From Lama guanicoe (taxonomy: Eukaryota), in assembly GCA_013239625.1 (NCBI GenBank), contig MU054098.1:2419104-2483103 (forward strand): a stretch of DNA of 64,000 bases, written 5' to 3'. The translations under genes were made by a program, and so were the position numbers. Shown piece after piece: positions 27,042 through 41,256 of the stretch (the stretch's first letter is position 1; every line of letters begins with the position of its first letter). A model generated the notes under the pieces. The model saw only the letters and a list, made by a program, of their open reading frames with translations. It had not been told where the DNA came from and searched no databases.

Positions 27042-29240
27042 CTAGAAGTCCTAGCTAGAGCAAGTAGGGAAGAAAAAGAAATAAAAGGCATCCAAATCAG
27101 AAAATAAAAAAGTTTAATTGTCTCAATTTGCAGTAACATGATCTTAAATATAGAAAATCTAAAGATTCCATCAAAAAACTGTTAGAAGTAATAAATGAAT
27201 TTGGTAATGTTGCAGGATACAAAATAAATATACAAAAATTAGTTGTTGTTCTATATACTAACAAACTATCTAAAAATAAATGAAGAAAACAACTCCATCT
27301 ACAGTGGCATCAAAAAGATTAAAATACTTAGGAATAAATTTAATCAAGGAAGTGAAAGAACTATACACTGAAAACTATAATACAGTGATGAAAAAAGTTC
27401 AAGACACAAATAAAAGGAAAGATATCCTGTGTTCATGGATTTAAAGAATTAACATTGTGAAAATGTTCATACTACCCTAAGCTACATACAGATTCAATGC
27501 TATCCCTTATCAAAATTTCAATGGCATTTTTTCACAAAAAGGAAAACACAATCATAAAATTCTTATAGAATCACAAAAGATATGGAACAGCCAAAGAAAT
27601 CCTGAGAAAGAAGCACAAAGCTGGAGGCATCACATGTACTGATTTGAAACTATATTTCAAAGCTACAGTCATCAAAACAGTATGGCACAGCCATAAAAAC
27701 AGACACAGACTAATGGTATAGGATAGAGACCTCAGAAATAAACCCACATATATGTGATCAATTAACCATTAACAAGGCTGCCAAGAATACACAATGGGGA
27801 AATAATAGTCTGTTCAATAAATGGTATCAGGAAAACTGAATATCCACATGTAAAGAATGAAATGTGACCTCATCTTACACCATACACAAAAATTGACTTG
27901 ACATGGATTAAAGTTGTAACTGTAAGACCTGAAACAATAAAATCCCTAGAAGAATGAAAATACAGGGGAAAAGCTCCTAGACACTGCTCTTGGCAGTTAT
28001 TTTTTGGACATGACACCAAAAACACAGGCAGCACAAGCAAAAATCAATGAGTGGAATTACATCAAACTAAAAAGCTTCTGTACAGCAAAGGAAGCAATAA
28101 ATAATGAAATGGAAGCCTACAGAATGGGAGAAAATATTTGCAAACGATATATCTAATAATGGTTAATATCCAAAATACAAGGAATTCATACAGTTTAATA
28201 GGGAAAAAAACCAAATAACCTGATTTAAAAATGGGCAAATGACTCGAACAGACAATTTTCCAAAGAAGACATACAAATGGCCAACAGCTATATGACATGG
28301 TGCTCAAAATCACTAATTATCAGGGAAATGCAAATCAAAGCCACAATGAAATATCACTTCACACCTGTTAGGATGTCTATCATCAAAAAACAACCAATAA
28401 ATGTTGGTGAGGGTATGGAGAAAAGAGAGCCCTTGTACATTTTTGGTGGGTCTATAAATAGGTACAATCATGGAAAACAGTACGGAGTTTCCTTTAAAAT
28501 TTAAAAATAGAACTACCATATGATCCAGCAATCCCACTTCTGAGTACATATCCAAAGAAGATGAAATCACTGTCTTGAAGAGGTATCTGACTCTCATGTT
28601 CATTGTAGTGTCATTCACAATACCCAAGATAGGAAAACCTTAAACGTCTGCCAAAGGATGAATGAATAAAGAAAATATGATACATATACACAAATGCAGT
28701 ATTATTCAGCCATAAAAAGAAGGAAATCCTGACATTTGGAAAACACGGTTGAGTTTGGAGGACATTATACCAAGTAAAATAAACCAGACACAGAAAGATA
28801 AATATACGGTAGATCTTATATATGGAATCTAAAAAAGTCAAACTCATAAAACCAGAGAATAGGATGCTGGTTTCCAAGGGCTTTGAGGAGGGGTGGGGGT
28901 AGGTTTTAATGTTGGTCAAAGGATACAAACGTTCAGTTATAAGATGAATGAGTTCTGGGTGTCTAGTGTACATCATGGTGATTACAGTTAATAATATTGT
29001 ATTATATACTTGAAATTTGCTGAGAGTAGATCTTAAATTTTTCTCTCCATACACACAAAAAATGGTAGTATATGAAATGATGAAAGTTTTAATTAACTTG
29101 ATTGTGGTAATCATTTCACAATGTTTATATATTGAATCATCACATTGTACACATTAAAAAAATCATGTTGTACAACCTAAATATATTTAATTTTCACTTG
29201 TCAGTCATACCTCAATACAGCTGGGGAAATTTTTTTAAAG
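27042..29240 (+). mobile_element. 5'-truncated L1 (L1MA-like): ORF2 3' half plus 3'UTR
   Basis: ctagaagtcctagctagagca... through tacctcaatacagctgggg; ORF2 is disrupted by stops and frameshifts. Confidence 0.92.
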
Positions 29241-29756
29241 GACATATTTCCATGTCCATAACTATAAGCCCTACATTATTATTCTTAATAATTGTGTTAT
29301 ATTTTAAACATAAACCACAATTAGCATAGCTAATCCTCTACTATTATACACTTAGGTTGTTTACAAATGACAAGCAATATTATGATTATAATTGATGCAT
29401 CTATATATTAAACATTGTAGATTTATATTATTATTTCCTTGGCATAAATTACTGGAAGTAGAATTTCTCATTTAAAGTCTATAAATGTTTTTAAACTTTT
29501 AAAATACTTGGTCAAATTGCCTTCCACAAATGCTTTCTTCAGTGTTTGAAAGGACTCACCTATGGAACTCAATGTGGTATTAATTCTGTTTGGTTTTTGT
29601 TTATTTTGTTTTGTTGTCTGGTTTGTCATGGAAAACTTGATAGTTATTTGATGATGTTTTCCACGGTTATTAACTTTCTACTCTTCTTGGGTTAATTTTT
29701 GTAATTTCTCCCAGGATTTCAAATTTAGATATAGATATAGACATACAGATATATAT

Positions 29757-29876
29757 CTTTTTTTATTTTGTGGGGAGGAGGTACTTACGTTTGTTTGTCT
29801 GTTTGCTTATAGTGGGGGTACTGGGGATTGAACCCAGGACCTCGTGCATGCTAGGCATGCACTCTACCACCCCCCA
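29757..29876 (-). mobile_element. camelid tRNA-derived SINE (vic-1 type), 5' end partly deleted
   Basis: ggtactggggattgaacccaggacctcgtgcatgctaggcatgcactctaccac. Confidence 0.9.
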
Positions 29877-29984
29877 CTTCAAATTTCAAATATATAATTC
29901 TCATTTCTCTCTCCCTTTCCCTCACCCTCCCTCTCTCTCGCTCAACCTGCTATGTCCATATTATGCCTGAAAGAAAGTTAACTG

Positions 29985-30180
29985 TACTGATTTAGACCAC
30001 AGGTTCTGAAATCTATCTGGATTTGAATACTTTACTTGCGTAAATTACTTAAACTCTCAGTATTTTGATTTGTAAAACAGCACCTACCTCACTAGGTGTC
30101 GTATGGATGAAATTAGTTAACCTGTGTAAAAATGTAAAACACTTAGAATAGTCCCTATCATCTACTTAGCTCTCAAGTTT
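29985..30180 (+). mobile_element. degenerate MIR
   Basis: aaattacttaaactctcag...cacctacctcactagg...aaacacttagaatagt. Confidence 0.6.
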
Positions 30181-30189
30181 AAGCTTCTA

Positions 30190-30652
30190 TGCATATTATT
30201 TTCTTAGGGCTAACATAACAAAGTACCACAAACTCGGTAACTTAAAACAATTGCAATTTACTCTCTCATAGTTTTGGAAGCCAGATTGTAAAACTAATGC
30301 GTCTAGAGGGTCCTACTGTCTCCAAAGTTTCTAAGGGGAGAATCCTTCCTGCCTCTTCCAGCTTCTAGGGGCTCCTGATACTCCTTGGCTTATGTCAGCT
30401 TAACTCCAGCTTCATATGGCCTTCTTCCCTGTGTCTCTCGGTGTTTTTCTGTGTGCTCACCAGGCACTCTGTATGTCAGTGTGTCCCCTCTTCTGTGTGT
30501 TCCACCAGTCATTGAAATTAGGGCTCGTGCTAATCCAGTATGACTTCATCTTAATTACATTTGCAAAGACCCTATTTTCAGTAAGGTCACATTCTGATGT
30601 TCCAGTGGACGTGAATTTTTTTTGGAGGGATGACACTCTTCAACCCACTACA
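30190..30652 (-). mobile_element. MaLR LTR (MLT1B/C-like)
   Basis: ggctaacataacaaagtaccacaaact...taatccagtatgacttcatcttaattacatttgcaaagaccctattt...caacccactaca. Confidence 0.85.
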
Positions 30653-31394
30653 TAGCATTTCTACTGCTGTATTTTCTTTTTCTTTTTCCTTTTTTTCTCT
30701 TTTATATTCTTGATTACTCTTGCCAGGGATCTGTCACTTGTGTGTCATTTCAAAATCTGGCTTTTTAGATTTACTTATCAGTTTTCCTGGGTTTCTGTTT
30801 TCTGTCTTGTTTCTTCTTTCATCTATAATAATAAATTACTCATACTTTTCTAACTTACTTTTATTTTTTTCCTTTCTAGCTTCGTGATTTATCTTTTTCC
30901 TTTCTTGTTTGACAAAAGATTATGTGAATTTTCCTTTGAATAAAGGGTTGGGTGTGTTCTCTAAATTGTTGGTATGTTACATTCATCATTATTATATAAC
31001 TAATATATAATTGAAGTTTTGATTTTAATCATCTTTGATTCCAAAGTTATATATTAGAGTAAGTGCTTTTTTAATGATCTGTTCGTTTGATTTTATTTAT
31101 TTATTTTTGCTTTTTAATATCTAGGTACATTGAGTTGTGATCAGATAATATGAGATTATGGCCTCAACCACTCTTGCTTTTGGTAATACACTGAGGTTTC
31201 CTTTGTGGTCTTCAACATGAAAATATTTTTTGTAAATGTTTCATGAGCATGCAGTAAAAACATGTGTTCTGTGTAGGGCACAAAATTGTAGATACAGATC
31301 TATTTATACGGTCAACCTTTTTAATTCTATTATTTAATTTATTGGTTCTCTTTCCTTTTCACCTATTTGATCTGTTAAAGAGTGAGACAATTAT

Positions 31395-31818
31395 AAAGCA
31401 GAGGCAGCTACTTGCCATCCCAACATCCATTCCTCCCCTTCTTGTAACAGAGGCCTGCCTGAATTTTAGTTGGGCATAATATTGCCACTCAAGAGAAGAC
31501 CACATTTTTCAGCCTCCCTCACAGCACTCATCTAAGTTCTGGCTACTATAATATACCTGAGATAAATCTGAATGGTGGGGGCAGCTCCTATTCTCCCTTT
31601 CTCCTACATGGAATGTAAATAAGATAGCTGGAATCAAGAAGCCACTTTGGACTATGAGGCAAATACCCTAATGATGAGAGAACAGCAAGACATAAGCCCT
31701 GGAATATCTACATCCAGATTTCTTTTCCATAAGGGATAAACAAGCTTCTATCCAGTTTAAGCCCTTGTTATTCTAAGTTTTTCCTTGCATGCAGCCAAAA
31801 CTAACTCTAACTAATACA
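31395..31818 (+). mobile_element. old MaLR LTR (MLT1J/K-like)
   Basis: gccactttggactatgagg...gtttaagccc...tgcagccaaaactaactctaactaataca. Confidence 0.65.
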
Positions 31819-32089
31819 GGTATGTTAATGCATCCCATTAGGATTATACTTTTGTCAATTTCTCTTTGTAACTCTTTGTTTTATTAACCGCCACGTTACA
31901 TTAACTGGTGTATAAAAGTTCATGACTCATATGTTTATTGTAGATTGCAGCTTCTGTCAATAAAGGATAATGTCCTTTCCCCCTAATTAATACTCCATGC
32001 CTTGCTTTTTTAGTTTAGTTCACTTGATACTAATTTTACTTTATTTTTTACTCTTTGTTTCTAACTTTTCTCATTTAAACTTCAAATCA

Positions 32090-33130
32090 ATGCAGTCTTA
32101 TTTCGGTTCCCACGACAACACTAAAACCATTCTTGCTAAGTTTCTTTTATTGCTAAATTCCTGTGGCCTATTTTCAATTTTCACTATACTTTATCTTTCT
32201 GGGAAATTTCACTTTTGTTTTTCAGGATACTGTTTTCTTCCTGGAGCCCAGAGCTGTATTTCTGACTACTTACCTGATTGTCTCACAGCCACCTCAAAAC
32301 TGAATTAAGTTTATTCCTCTTAAGCCTGCTTCTTCCAGTTTACCTCATTTTGGTTACTATCTACACAATCAGCCTTCCTATGATTCTTCACTCTTCTTTC
32401 CGCCTCACTCTGTATTTCTAATTAGTTACCAAACCCTATGAACCTTATTTCAAAACTGTCTCTTCAATCCTCTCTATCACAGACACTGCTTTAGTTCACA
32501 TGCTCATTGTGTTTCTTGGACTATTCCAACAGCTTCTTAGCTTCACGTCCCTTTAGTCTCTCCCTCATCCTCCATAAAGCTACCAATCCCATTCTCTGAG
32601 AAATAAAAACAAACATATTTGATCACATATCCACTTTGCTTCTAAAAACCTCTGTTGATTCTCCAGTGCCAAACTCCTTAGTACAGTATAAAACTTCCTT
32701 GGCAATCTAACACACACCCTCTTCCACTTCACCTCCTGCCACACCTTTCCCACACCTTCTATGCTTTAGCTGTGGTAGAGTTCCCACACCACTAGAAAAT
32801 ATGCTCTTAGTAAATCCTTTTCTGGATCCATATTTTTGCACATGTTCTTCTCTCTGCATAGAATATCTTCCTTATATCCTTTCTCCAGCACACTCATTCA
32901 TCCTTCAAGTCCGAGTTAAAATATCACCTCTTCCAATGAAGTCTTCCCTGAGTCCCACAGACAGAGTTAGGAATTTGTCACCCTTTCTCGATTCCCATTT
33001 TGCCCACACCACTGATACAGCAGTAATCATGTGATTGTGTTTTACAATGTCTATTTCCCACCTATAGATAAGCTTCTTGAAACCGGAAATTGTCTTATTC
33101 AGATCTAGGCTCTAGCACAGTGTATGGCTC
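32090..33130 (+). mobile_element. degenerate L2 LINE
   Basis: acctcaaaactgaa..., tcattcatccttcaagt...tcttccctgag, ctagcacagtg. Confidence 0.7.
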
Positions 33131-33874
33131 AAAAAAGAGGCCAACAGTCAAGGCCAGATTGAAGAGAAGGTTCCTGGTCCTTCCCAGCTCACTAATACCT
33201 AAAATTCTACTTTTCCACTTTTGGCTTAAGGCATTGAACATTGTTAAAAATGTGTCTCTAGGAATGGGCCATAAGTACTAATAATCATTTTATCAGATCT
33301 TTTCCAAAGAATACATTTTGATAGAGAGGGGTATAAAAAGTGCATTTTCAGCACTAGGCACTTATTGGGAAAAAGAGGGAAAACAGAAAACATGCAGAAA
33401 TCATCCACCCTGTTAACCTCCCTATTCAACATCCTTTCTTTGCTATGCAATGCAAGGTTCTCATACTGTGGGGTTGGCTGTGGTTTCCAAACAGGGAAAT
33501 GGCTACTGGGAGTGGTTACACCACATTGTTTAATGTGACTCTAAAAGTGTTGATGAAGCTCCTCCAGGTCACTCTGCTTATAAGAAGTCTAATGTCATCA
33601 TTACTGATACAGCCTTTGAGGATACAGTTTATATGTTTCCCATAAGTCTCTTTCTCAACAAATTGGGATTCAGAAGGCATGGCTTCCATGCTGATGACCT
33701 GGGTGAGTCTAAGAACCTCACTGCAGATATACTCAGTATAGCCCTGGTGAAAATAAGCCACCAATGACAGGAAAAAAACCCTCAAGCCAACAAATGGGAT
33801 GTCTATACTTGGTTGAGATCTTACTTCTGAATATAATCAGAGATGGGCACCTAGCCTTCTGTGAAGAAGGACAG

Positions 33875-34085
33875 TACAATAGCATTACTATGGACCAGGT
33901 GCTGTTCTAAATATTCTTCAGCTATTAACTTATTTTATCTTCTTAACAAGCCTATGAGGTAGGTACTATTATTATACCCACTTTACAGATAAAAACTGAG
34001 GCACAGAGGTTAAGTAACTTGACAAACGTCACCCCATGGTGGAATCAGCAGTCTGGCTCCAGATTCCAGATAAGCCGTGCTACTT
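33875..34085 (-). mobile_element. MIR SINE
   Basis: cctatgaggtaggtactattattatacccactttacagataaaaactgaggcacagaggttaagtaacttg. Confidence 0.88.
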
Positions 34086-34215
34086 TGAAGCTCATACCAT
34101 TCAGCTCAATAGCCTTCTAACCATTCTTACCATACACCAACTTCCCAGTCACTTTATCACCACTCCTCCACCACCATCTCCATCCTCTGTCATTTATTTA
34201 AAACTTTAGATTCTT

Positions 34216-34368
34216 GGGGAGAGGGTATAGCTTAAGCTGTAGACAGCATGCTTAGCATGCACGAGGCCCTGGGTTCAATCTTCAGCACCTCCTCCAAATA
34301 TAAATAAATAAACTCAATTACCTTCCCCTCATTAAAAAAAGAGAACAAAATTATTAAAAATTTTTTTA
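34216..34368 (+). mobile_element. camelid tRNA-derived SINE (vic-1 type)
   Basis: ggggagagggtatagcttaag...gcatgcacgaggccctgggttcaatc; imperfect TSD aaaactttagattct / aaaacttcaggttct. Confidence 0.9.
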
Positions 34369-34384
34369 AAAACTTCAGGTTCTC

Positions 34385-36440
34385 AACTTTCTCTACACAC
34401 CAACTCCTGCCATTACCTTGGGTGACATCCATGGCTGTATGAATGATCTAACTAACATCGTGACCCTTCAGTTCTATTTCCAATTATCTTCTCCTCCTCC
34501 ACTTATACTTCAGCCATCTACTTTCACAGCCACACACCTGATATGTCAATATCAGAAACTGCTTGTTCTCTAAAATTACAATTTCTGACCCCACTCTCTT
34601 ACCACAAATTCCTATCCTTCTGCTGCACACACGCAATCATTCTCAGTAAAATGAAGTTCTTCAACCTCATTGGGACCAACTGTCCACTGAACCCTCTATT
34701 TTTACCCTCTCCATAGCCTCTGCCTGCCTTCACTTCTCTCTGCATCAAGCATAGATTCAGTGACCCATCCTCTAGCTCTCTGGATCCACTGAACGTCTAT
34801 CACACCCGCTTGGCAAAACCCTGGATAAGTTAACCACCTCCCTTCTCCACATCTGCACTCAGTCTGCTGAGCAGTGTTAGAAAACCACCAACCTGCTCTC
34901 AACACTGCCTGGTAATTCTAAGTTACTTACTTAGCTGGATCTCCCATTTTTCAAAATTATTTTCTCCACTCTCCTTAAACCTCTAAGCCCTTATACCTTA
35001 AGTTTTCCCTTTCGACAAATGGTCTCATTTCCTCCTATTCCAAATATGAAAGTGCCAGAACAAAATAGCCTCACCTTTATACTATGAAATCTATAAACTT
35101 GTTTGAATTCACACTGATACTTTTGTTTCTTCATTCATGTTACAATGAAAAAGATGTCCCCCTCCTCTTTAAGACTAATCCTGCCCCCTTTTAGGGGACC
35201 CCCACCATACTGATTATCTCCTTTCTCCTATCTTCCTTTTCTATTTGTCCTTCCTTGTCAGTATGTAAACATCTCAAAGACTTTTCCATCTTAAAAATAA
35301 AAAGAAACCCAATCTCACTTGACCCTACATGTGCCACCAACTAGTCTCTCCATTCATTTCCTCTTTTCTGCCAAATATCTTGAACAAGTTTTCCAGAATG
35401 TTTCCATTTCCTCATGTCTCTCTCACTCTCCAGTCCAGTGCATTCTGACTAAACTCAGGGAATCCATGACTATCATGTCATTAACCACACTACTCATTTT
35501 TCATCCTTCTCAGCAGCATCAGTTAATGTTATTACTCCCTCTTGAAATACTTATCCCTTGGCCACCATCCTCAAATGTTTAGACTATCATACTATTCTTC
35601 ACTAGTTTTATATTTCTCCTTTATCTCTAGTATTTTCAATCTTCTTTGATGGCCTTTACTTCACTTCCTGATGTATACATTTTGGAGAACCATAGCTCAA
35701 TCCCCTGCCCTCTTCTATTTACATTCTCTCCCTAAATGATATCATTCAACCACATATTTTTAAATATGATCTACATGTTGACAACTTCCAAATCTTGCCA
35801 CTGACCTTGACCTCTTTTGATCTCCAGATTTATATGATCAACTCTCTCTAACATCTCCCTTTGGATAGCTCACAGGCATCTTATACTCTTTCTATCCTAC
35901 CTGAACTCATATTCTTCCCATCAACATTCATATTCTTCAGTTTCCCATTTCAGTAAAATGATATCACTATTTACCTACTTGTTCAAGCCAGAAACTTGGA
36001 AGTTATCTTTGACACATCTCTCTTCCTCATCAATCACAGTCAAGCCATCACTAAGTCTTTTTAATTATATTTCTTAACTATCTCATGGTTCTGTCCTCTT
36101 TTCTACATCCTGACAGTGACTACTTTATTCTAGGCCACCACTTTCCTATATTATTTCAATACTCTCCTAGCTTATCTCCCTGCTTCAAGTCTTCTTCCCT
36201 TCTAACCCATTCTCCATAGACAGAGTGATCCTTCTAACATGAATTGCTGGTTGTGCAATTCTCCTTCAATGGCTTTTTATGTTTCATAGGATGAAATTCA
36301 AAGTCCCTAGCATGGCAACAGGTCCTCACATGATTTCACGTAACTGCATAATCTAGTCCCTGACTATTCTTGCCACTCTTTCTCCTTGGGATCTATATGA
36401 CAATTCCTTTTATTTTCTTTCACTTCCTAGAACATATCAT
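34385..36440 (+). mobile_element. long degenerate L2 LINE
   Basis: L2 ORF2-like pyrimidine-rich tract, e.g. gctcacaggcatct, tcaagccagaaacttggaagttatctttgac. Confidence 0.75.
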
Positions 36441-36783
36441 GCAAGAAAAAGAAATTCAAAGCATCCAAATTGAAAAGGAAGAAGTAGAACTATATCTCTA
36501 TTCACAGATGACATATATCCAGAAAAAATCCTAAAGAATACACAAAACAACTATTAAGTCCAGTGGATAAATCAGACAAGTTGCAGATTATACAAGATCA
36601 AGATGCAAAAATTGTTTGCATTTCTATACATTAGGAATTAGCAATAAAAAAATAAAATTAAGAAACAATCTAATTTTCAATAGCATCAAAATACTTAGGA
36701 ATAAATTTAACCAAGGAGGTATAAGACTTACACACTGAAAACTATAAAACATTCCTTAAGGAAATTAAAGAAAACCTAAATAA

Positions 36784-36961
36784 GAGGGAGGGTATAGCTC
36801 AAGTGGTAGAGCACTTGCATAGCATGCACAAGGTCCTAGGTTCATTTCCCAGTACCTCTTCTATAAATAAACAAATAAACAAACAGACAAACCTACTTAC
36901 CTCCCTCCCCCCAAAAATCTCAAAAAATAAAAATAAAAAAATAAATTGTAAAAAAAACAAA
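36784..36961 (+). mobile_element. camelid tRNA-derived SINE (vic-1 type)
   Basis: gagggagggtatagctcaagtggtagagc...; TSD aaagaaaacctaaat on both sides. Confidence 0.92.
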
Positions 36962-37088
36962 AAAGAAAACCTAAATGAATAGAAAGACATCATGTGTCAT
37001 AGATTGGAAGACAATATTGTTTAGATGGAAATACTCCCTAAAGTGATCTATAGGTTAAATATATCACTATGAAAATCCTAATGGCCTT

Positions 37089-37747
37089 AACAGTATGGAG
37101 ATTCCTCAAAAGACTAGGAGTAGACTTACCATATGACCCAGGAATCCCACTCCTGGGCTTGTATCCAGAAGGAACCCTACTCCAAAATGACACCTGCACC
37201 CCTATGTTCATAGCAGCACTATTTACAATAGCCAAGACATGGAAACAGCCTAAATGTCCATCAACAGATGGCTGGATAAAGAAGAGGTGGTATATTTATA
37301 CAATGGAATACTATTCAGCCATAAAAAGCGACAACATAATGCCATTTGCAGCAACATGGATGTTCCTGGAGAATGTCATTCTAAGTGAAGTAAGCCAGAA
37401 AGAGAAAGAAAAATACCATAATATGAGATCGCCCATATGCGGAATCTAAAAAAAAAAACATAAATACAAAACAGAAACAGACTCACAGACATAGAATACA
37501 AACTTGGGGTTGCCAGGGGGACGGGGGGTGGGAAGGGACAGACTGGGATTTCAAAATGTAGAATTGATAAACAAGATTGTACTGTGTAGCACAGGGAAAT
37601 ATATACAGGATCTTGTGGTAGCTCACAGCGGAATGTGACAATGAATGTATGTATGTTCATGTATAACTGAAAAATTGTGCTCTACACTGGAATTTGACAC
37701 AACATTGTAAAATGACTGTAACTCAATAAAAAAAGTAAAAAAAACTC
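37089..37747 (+). mobile_element. younger 5'-truncated camelid L1
   Basis: ORF2p C-terminus still open (LPYDPGIPLLGLYP...MFIAALFTIAKTWKQPKCPS), AATAAA plus A tail, 17-bp TSD aaaatc(c/t)taatggcctt at 37072-37088 and 37748-37764. Confidence 0.95.
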
Positions 37748-38932
37748 AAAATCTTAATGGCCTTTTTTGAGGAAATGGAAATGCTGGCCTTTTTTGAAGA
37801 AATGGAAATGGAAATTTATGTGCCACTTGAGCACCCTGAATAGTCAAATTAATCTTGAAAAAGAACAATATTTAAAGCCTCATACTTTCCTATTTCAAAA
37901 CTTGATACAAAGCTATAGCAATCAAAAGAGTGTGGTATAGGCACAGACAAATTATACCAGTGGAATAGAATTGAGGGTCTAGAAATAAATCCATACATCT
38001 ATGGCAAATTGATTTTTGACAGGGTGCAAGACAATCCAATAGAGAAAAAACAGTCTCTTCAACAAACGATGCTGGGACAACTAGATATCCACATGCAAAA
38101 GAATGAAGTTGGGCCCCTATCTCATATAATAAAAATTAACACAAAATGAATCAAGGACCTAATATAAGAGCTAAAAACTATAAACCATTTAGAAGAAAAC
38201 ATAGGGGCAATCTTCATGACCTTGAATTATGTGATATTTTCTTAAATATGACACCAAAAACAGAAGAAACAACAATAATGAAAAACAGATAAATTGGAGT
38301 TCACCAAAATTAAAGCCTTTTGTGCATCAGAGGATATTATCAAGACAGTAAAAAAAAAAAAAAACCTCCAGGATGAGATAAAATATTTGTAAATCATGTA
38401 TTTGATAAGTCTAGTATCCAGAATACATAAAGAAATCTTACAACCCTGCAAATAATAGAAAATTGACTCAATTTTAAAATGGGCAAAGGACTTAAATAGA
38501 CATTTCTCCAAAAAAGATACACATTAGCCCACACACACACGCAAAGATGTTCAACATCACTAATCATTAGGAAAATTCAAATCAAAATCCAAATAAGACA
38601 CCACTTCACATCCCCTAGGATGGCTGTAGCGCAAAAAATGGAAAATAACAAGTATTGGCAATGATGTGGAGAATTTAGAACCACTGTAGGCTATTGGTGG
38701 GAATATAAAATGGTGCAGCCACTGTGAAAAACAGTTTGGTGGTTCCTCAGACAGTTAAACAGCATTACTATATAACTTAGCAATTCCACTTCTAGGTATG
38801 TACCCAAAATAATTGAATACAAGTATTCAAACAAATACTTGTACACAGAAGTTCAGAAAAGCATTATTCATAACAGCCAAAAGGTAGAAACAACTAAATG
38901 TCACTTGATGAATGGATAAAACAAAATGTGGT

Positions 38933-39292
38933 TGCTATGGACTGAATTTTGTATCCCTCCCCCCCACCGCCAAAATTCACCCCCAGGGTAATAGTATTTG
39001 GAGATAGAGCCTTTGGGAGGTAATTAGGTTTAGATGAGGTCATGAGAGTGGGGCCCTGATGGCGGGATTAATGCTTGCTCACTCTCTCCCTCTTCATTCC
39101 CTCCTCCCCGTTTGCTTTATGAGGACACAGCAAGAAGACAGCCATCTGCAAACCAAGGGGGTCCTCACCAGACATATACTCTGCTGGCATCTTGATCTTG
39201 GAAATCCCAACCTCAACACTATGACAAATAAACACTTACTGTTTAAGCCACTCAATTTATGGTATTCCATTGTAACAGCCTGAACTAAGACA
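38933..39292 (+). mobile_element. MaLR LTR (MLT1A-like) nested in L1
   Basis: tgctatggactgaat...gggaggtaattaggtttagatgaggtcatgag...cagcctgaactaagaca. Confidence 0.85.
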
Positions 39293-39699
39293 ATAATATA
39301 TCCATATGGATATATTTAGTCATAAAAAGGGGCGAAGTACCTATACATGCTAGAATATGGATAAACCTTGAAAACATTATGCTAAGTGAACAAGCCAGAC
39401 ACAAAAGGTTACATATTGTACGATTCCATTTACCTGAAATATCTAGAATAGCTGAATCCATAAAGGCAGAAAGCAAATTAACTACTGTCAGTGGCTAGGG
39501 GAGGAAGGAATGCAAGGTGACTGATTAATGGGGACAAGGGTCTCTTTTTGTGGTGATGACAATGTTTTGGAACTAGATTGAGATGAAGGCTGCATAACAT
39601 GTGAATATACTAAATGCCACTGAATTTTACAGTTTAAGAAGGCTAATTTTATGTTATATGTATCACCTCAGGACAAAAAAGGCAGAAAGAGAAATGAAG

Positions 39700-39905
39700 G
39701 GAAATTTGCAATTGTTGAGCTACTGCTATAGACTAGGCTCTATGCTAAGCTTATGTATTATCCAGTTAAACCCACTAAACAACTCATTATCCCCATTTTA
39801 TGGATGAGCAAACCAAGGTTAACATAACTTAATTTCCACAACTAATAATATATGGAGCTGGAATCCAAACCCAGGTCTATCTGACTCTAAAGCCTACACT
39901 CTCTA
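39700..39905 (-). mobile_element. MIR SINE
   Basis: attatccccattttatggatgag...ggagctggaatccaaacccaggtctatctgactctaaagcc. Confidence 0.8.
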
Positions 39906-40844
39906 GCACAACCCACTCTCCAAAGACTTTCCATAGCTAGGCTCTCATTACTCCATCCATAAGAACTTGTGTCATTGATCAAGAATAAAGTACAATTCAT
40001 GAGATACTCCTTCACACCAACAAACCCTCCAGAAAAACACTCAAAATTTTATTTTCGTACCAAGCCCTCCCTGAAATAAAAAAAAAATTGCCCATTCTTG
40101 AAAAGGCTGGAGAAACAGCCTCCAGAGACTTACAAGGCCTAACCTACAATTGGGGTGATTTCAGGGGCCTCAGGAAGTCTTTATTCCAAAGAAATACCTG
40201 TCCCTTCATGCTGGAAAAAAGGCTAAAGACAGAACTACTCCCGGGAGAGGGAACACACTGGTGTTTTGGTTAGGGCAGACAATATCATTCCAGGAGGGCA
40301 GACTTTTAATAAGCTGAGAAAGGAATAGGCAGAAAAAAAGACTAAAGCTTCCTTCCTGCGGCCACAGAGTCAGTCCCAGAGCAGCAAGACTTGTCTCTGT
40401 CACTAACTATAATGGAACCTCAAGCAAGGCCCTTCTCACTGGCCCAATGTTCTCTAATGTTCTGTGACTCTGAAATCCCACTTAATAAATTTGCCCAGGG
40501 CCAGCCTCATTTGTATTCCTATTAATGGTAAGCACAGAAAAGTCCTTAGCTAACCCATGATGTGTGGCTCTGTTTATACTTCTCTTATTAAGATTAATCA
40601 CTATTTAAGGCCTGATGCCTTGATTACAGGGATCCTGTTGTGATCTAAGAATTTAAACATACTTCTGAAATGTGAAACATGTTTTCAATTACTAACAGCC
40701 ACTCATGGTTCCAATTCAGACAAAACTTCATTTAAATAATTAGTCTTGGCAAGAGAATCCTAATTTATGAGTGTACAAGACGTATAAAAAAAAAGTGTAC
40801 TGATGGTTGGTTCCCGCACTGGTCTTTACAAGAGGCATGTTAAG

Positions 40845-40852
40845 ATATATAC

Positions 40853-40896
<44 letters not shown>
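40845..40896. repeat. (TA)n microsatellite
   Basis: directly visible, about 26 units with two interruptions. Confidence 0.97.
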
Positions 40897-41256
40897 GGTA
40901 TTGGATTAGGAGTAATTCAAAGTAAGTGACACTGATGTAAGTCTGGCTCATTGGAAACTTATTTTCTAAGGCAGGAGCTTATTTAGCTGTTTTTGAACAG
41001 ATACTCCACACTTCCTCCTGCATTTTCCTTTGCTGAATCCCTGATCAGGATCCCACAACTCACATTAGTGTTGTTTGACTTCCTGGGGCAGAAATACCAC
41101 TGAGCATTAAAATCCACAACCACACAGAGACATTTTTTCAACACTCTGCTATATTTTAAGAATCATCTCTTCTTACATTCCATTCCATCCTATTTCCTTT
41201 GCCATTGTTGAGTATGTCTCTTCCAAGCAGGTAACTAGAAGTCCCTTCCTTTGTAC

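Larger units (their letters stand above)
36441..39690 (+). mobile_element. 5'-truncated L1M (L1MB-like) hosting three nested insertions
   Basis: gcaagaaaaagaaattcaaagcatccaaattg... through the 3'UTR gtgaatatactaaatgccactgaatt. Confidence 0.9.

Noticed and set aside
37069..37449. 126-aa ORF with clear protein similarity
   Set aside because: It is the C-terminus of L1 ORF2p in a 5'-truncated L1, not a host gene. The same applies to ORFs at 23785, 24276 and 28277, and to antisense L1 ORFs at 12826, 28062, 28313, 28611 and 37038.
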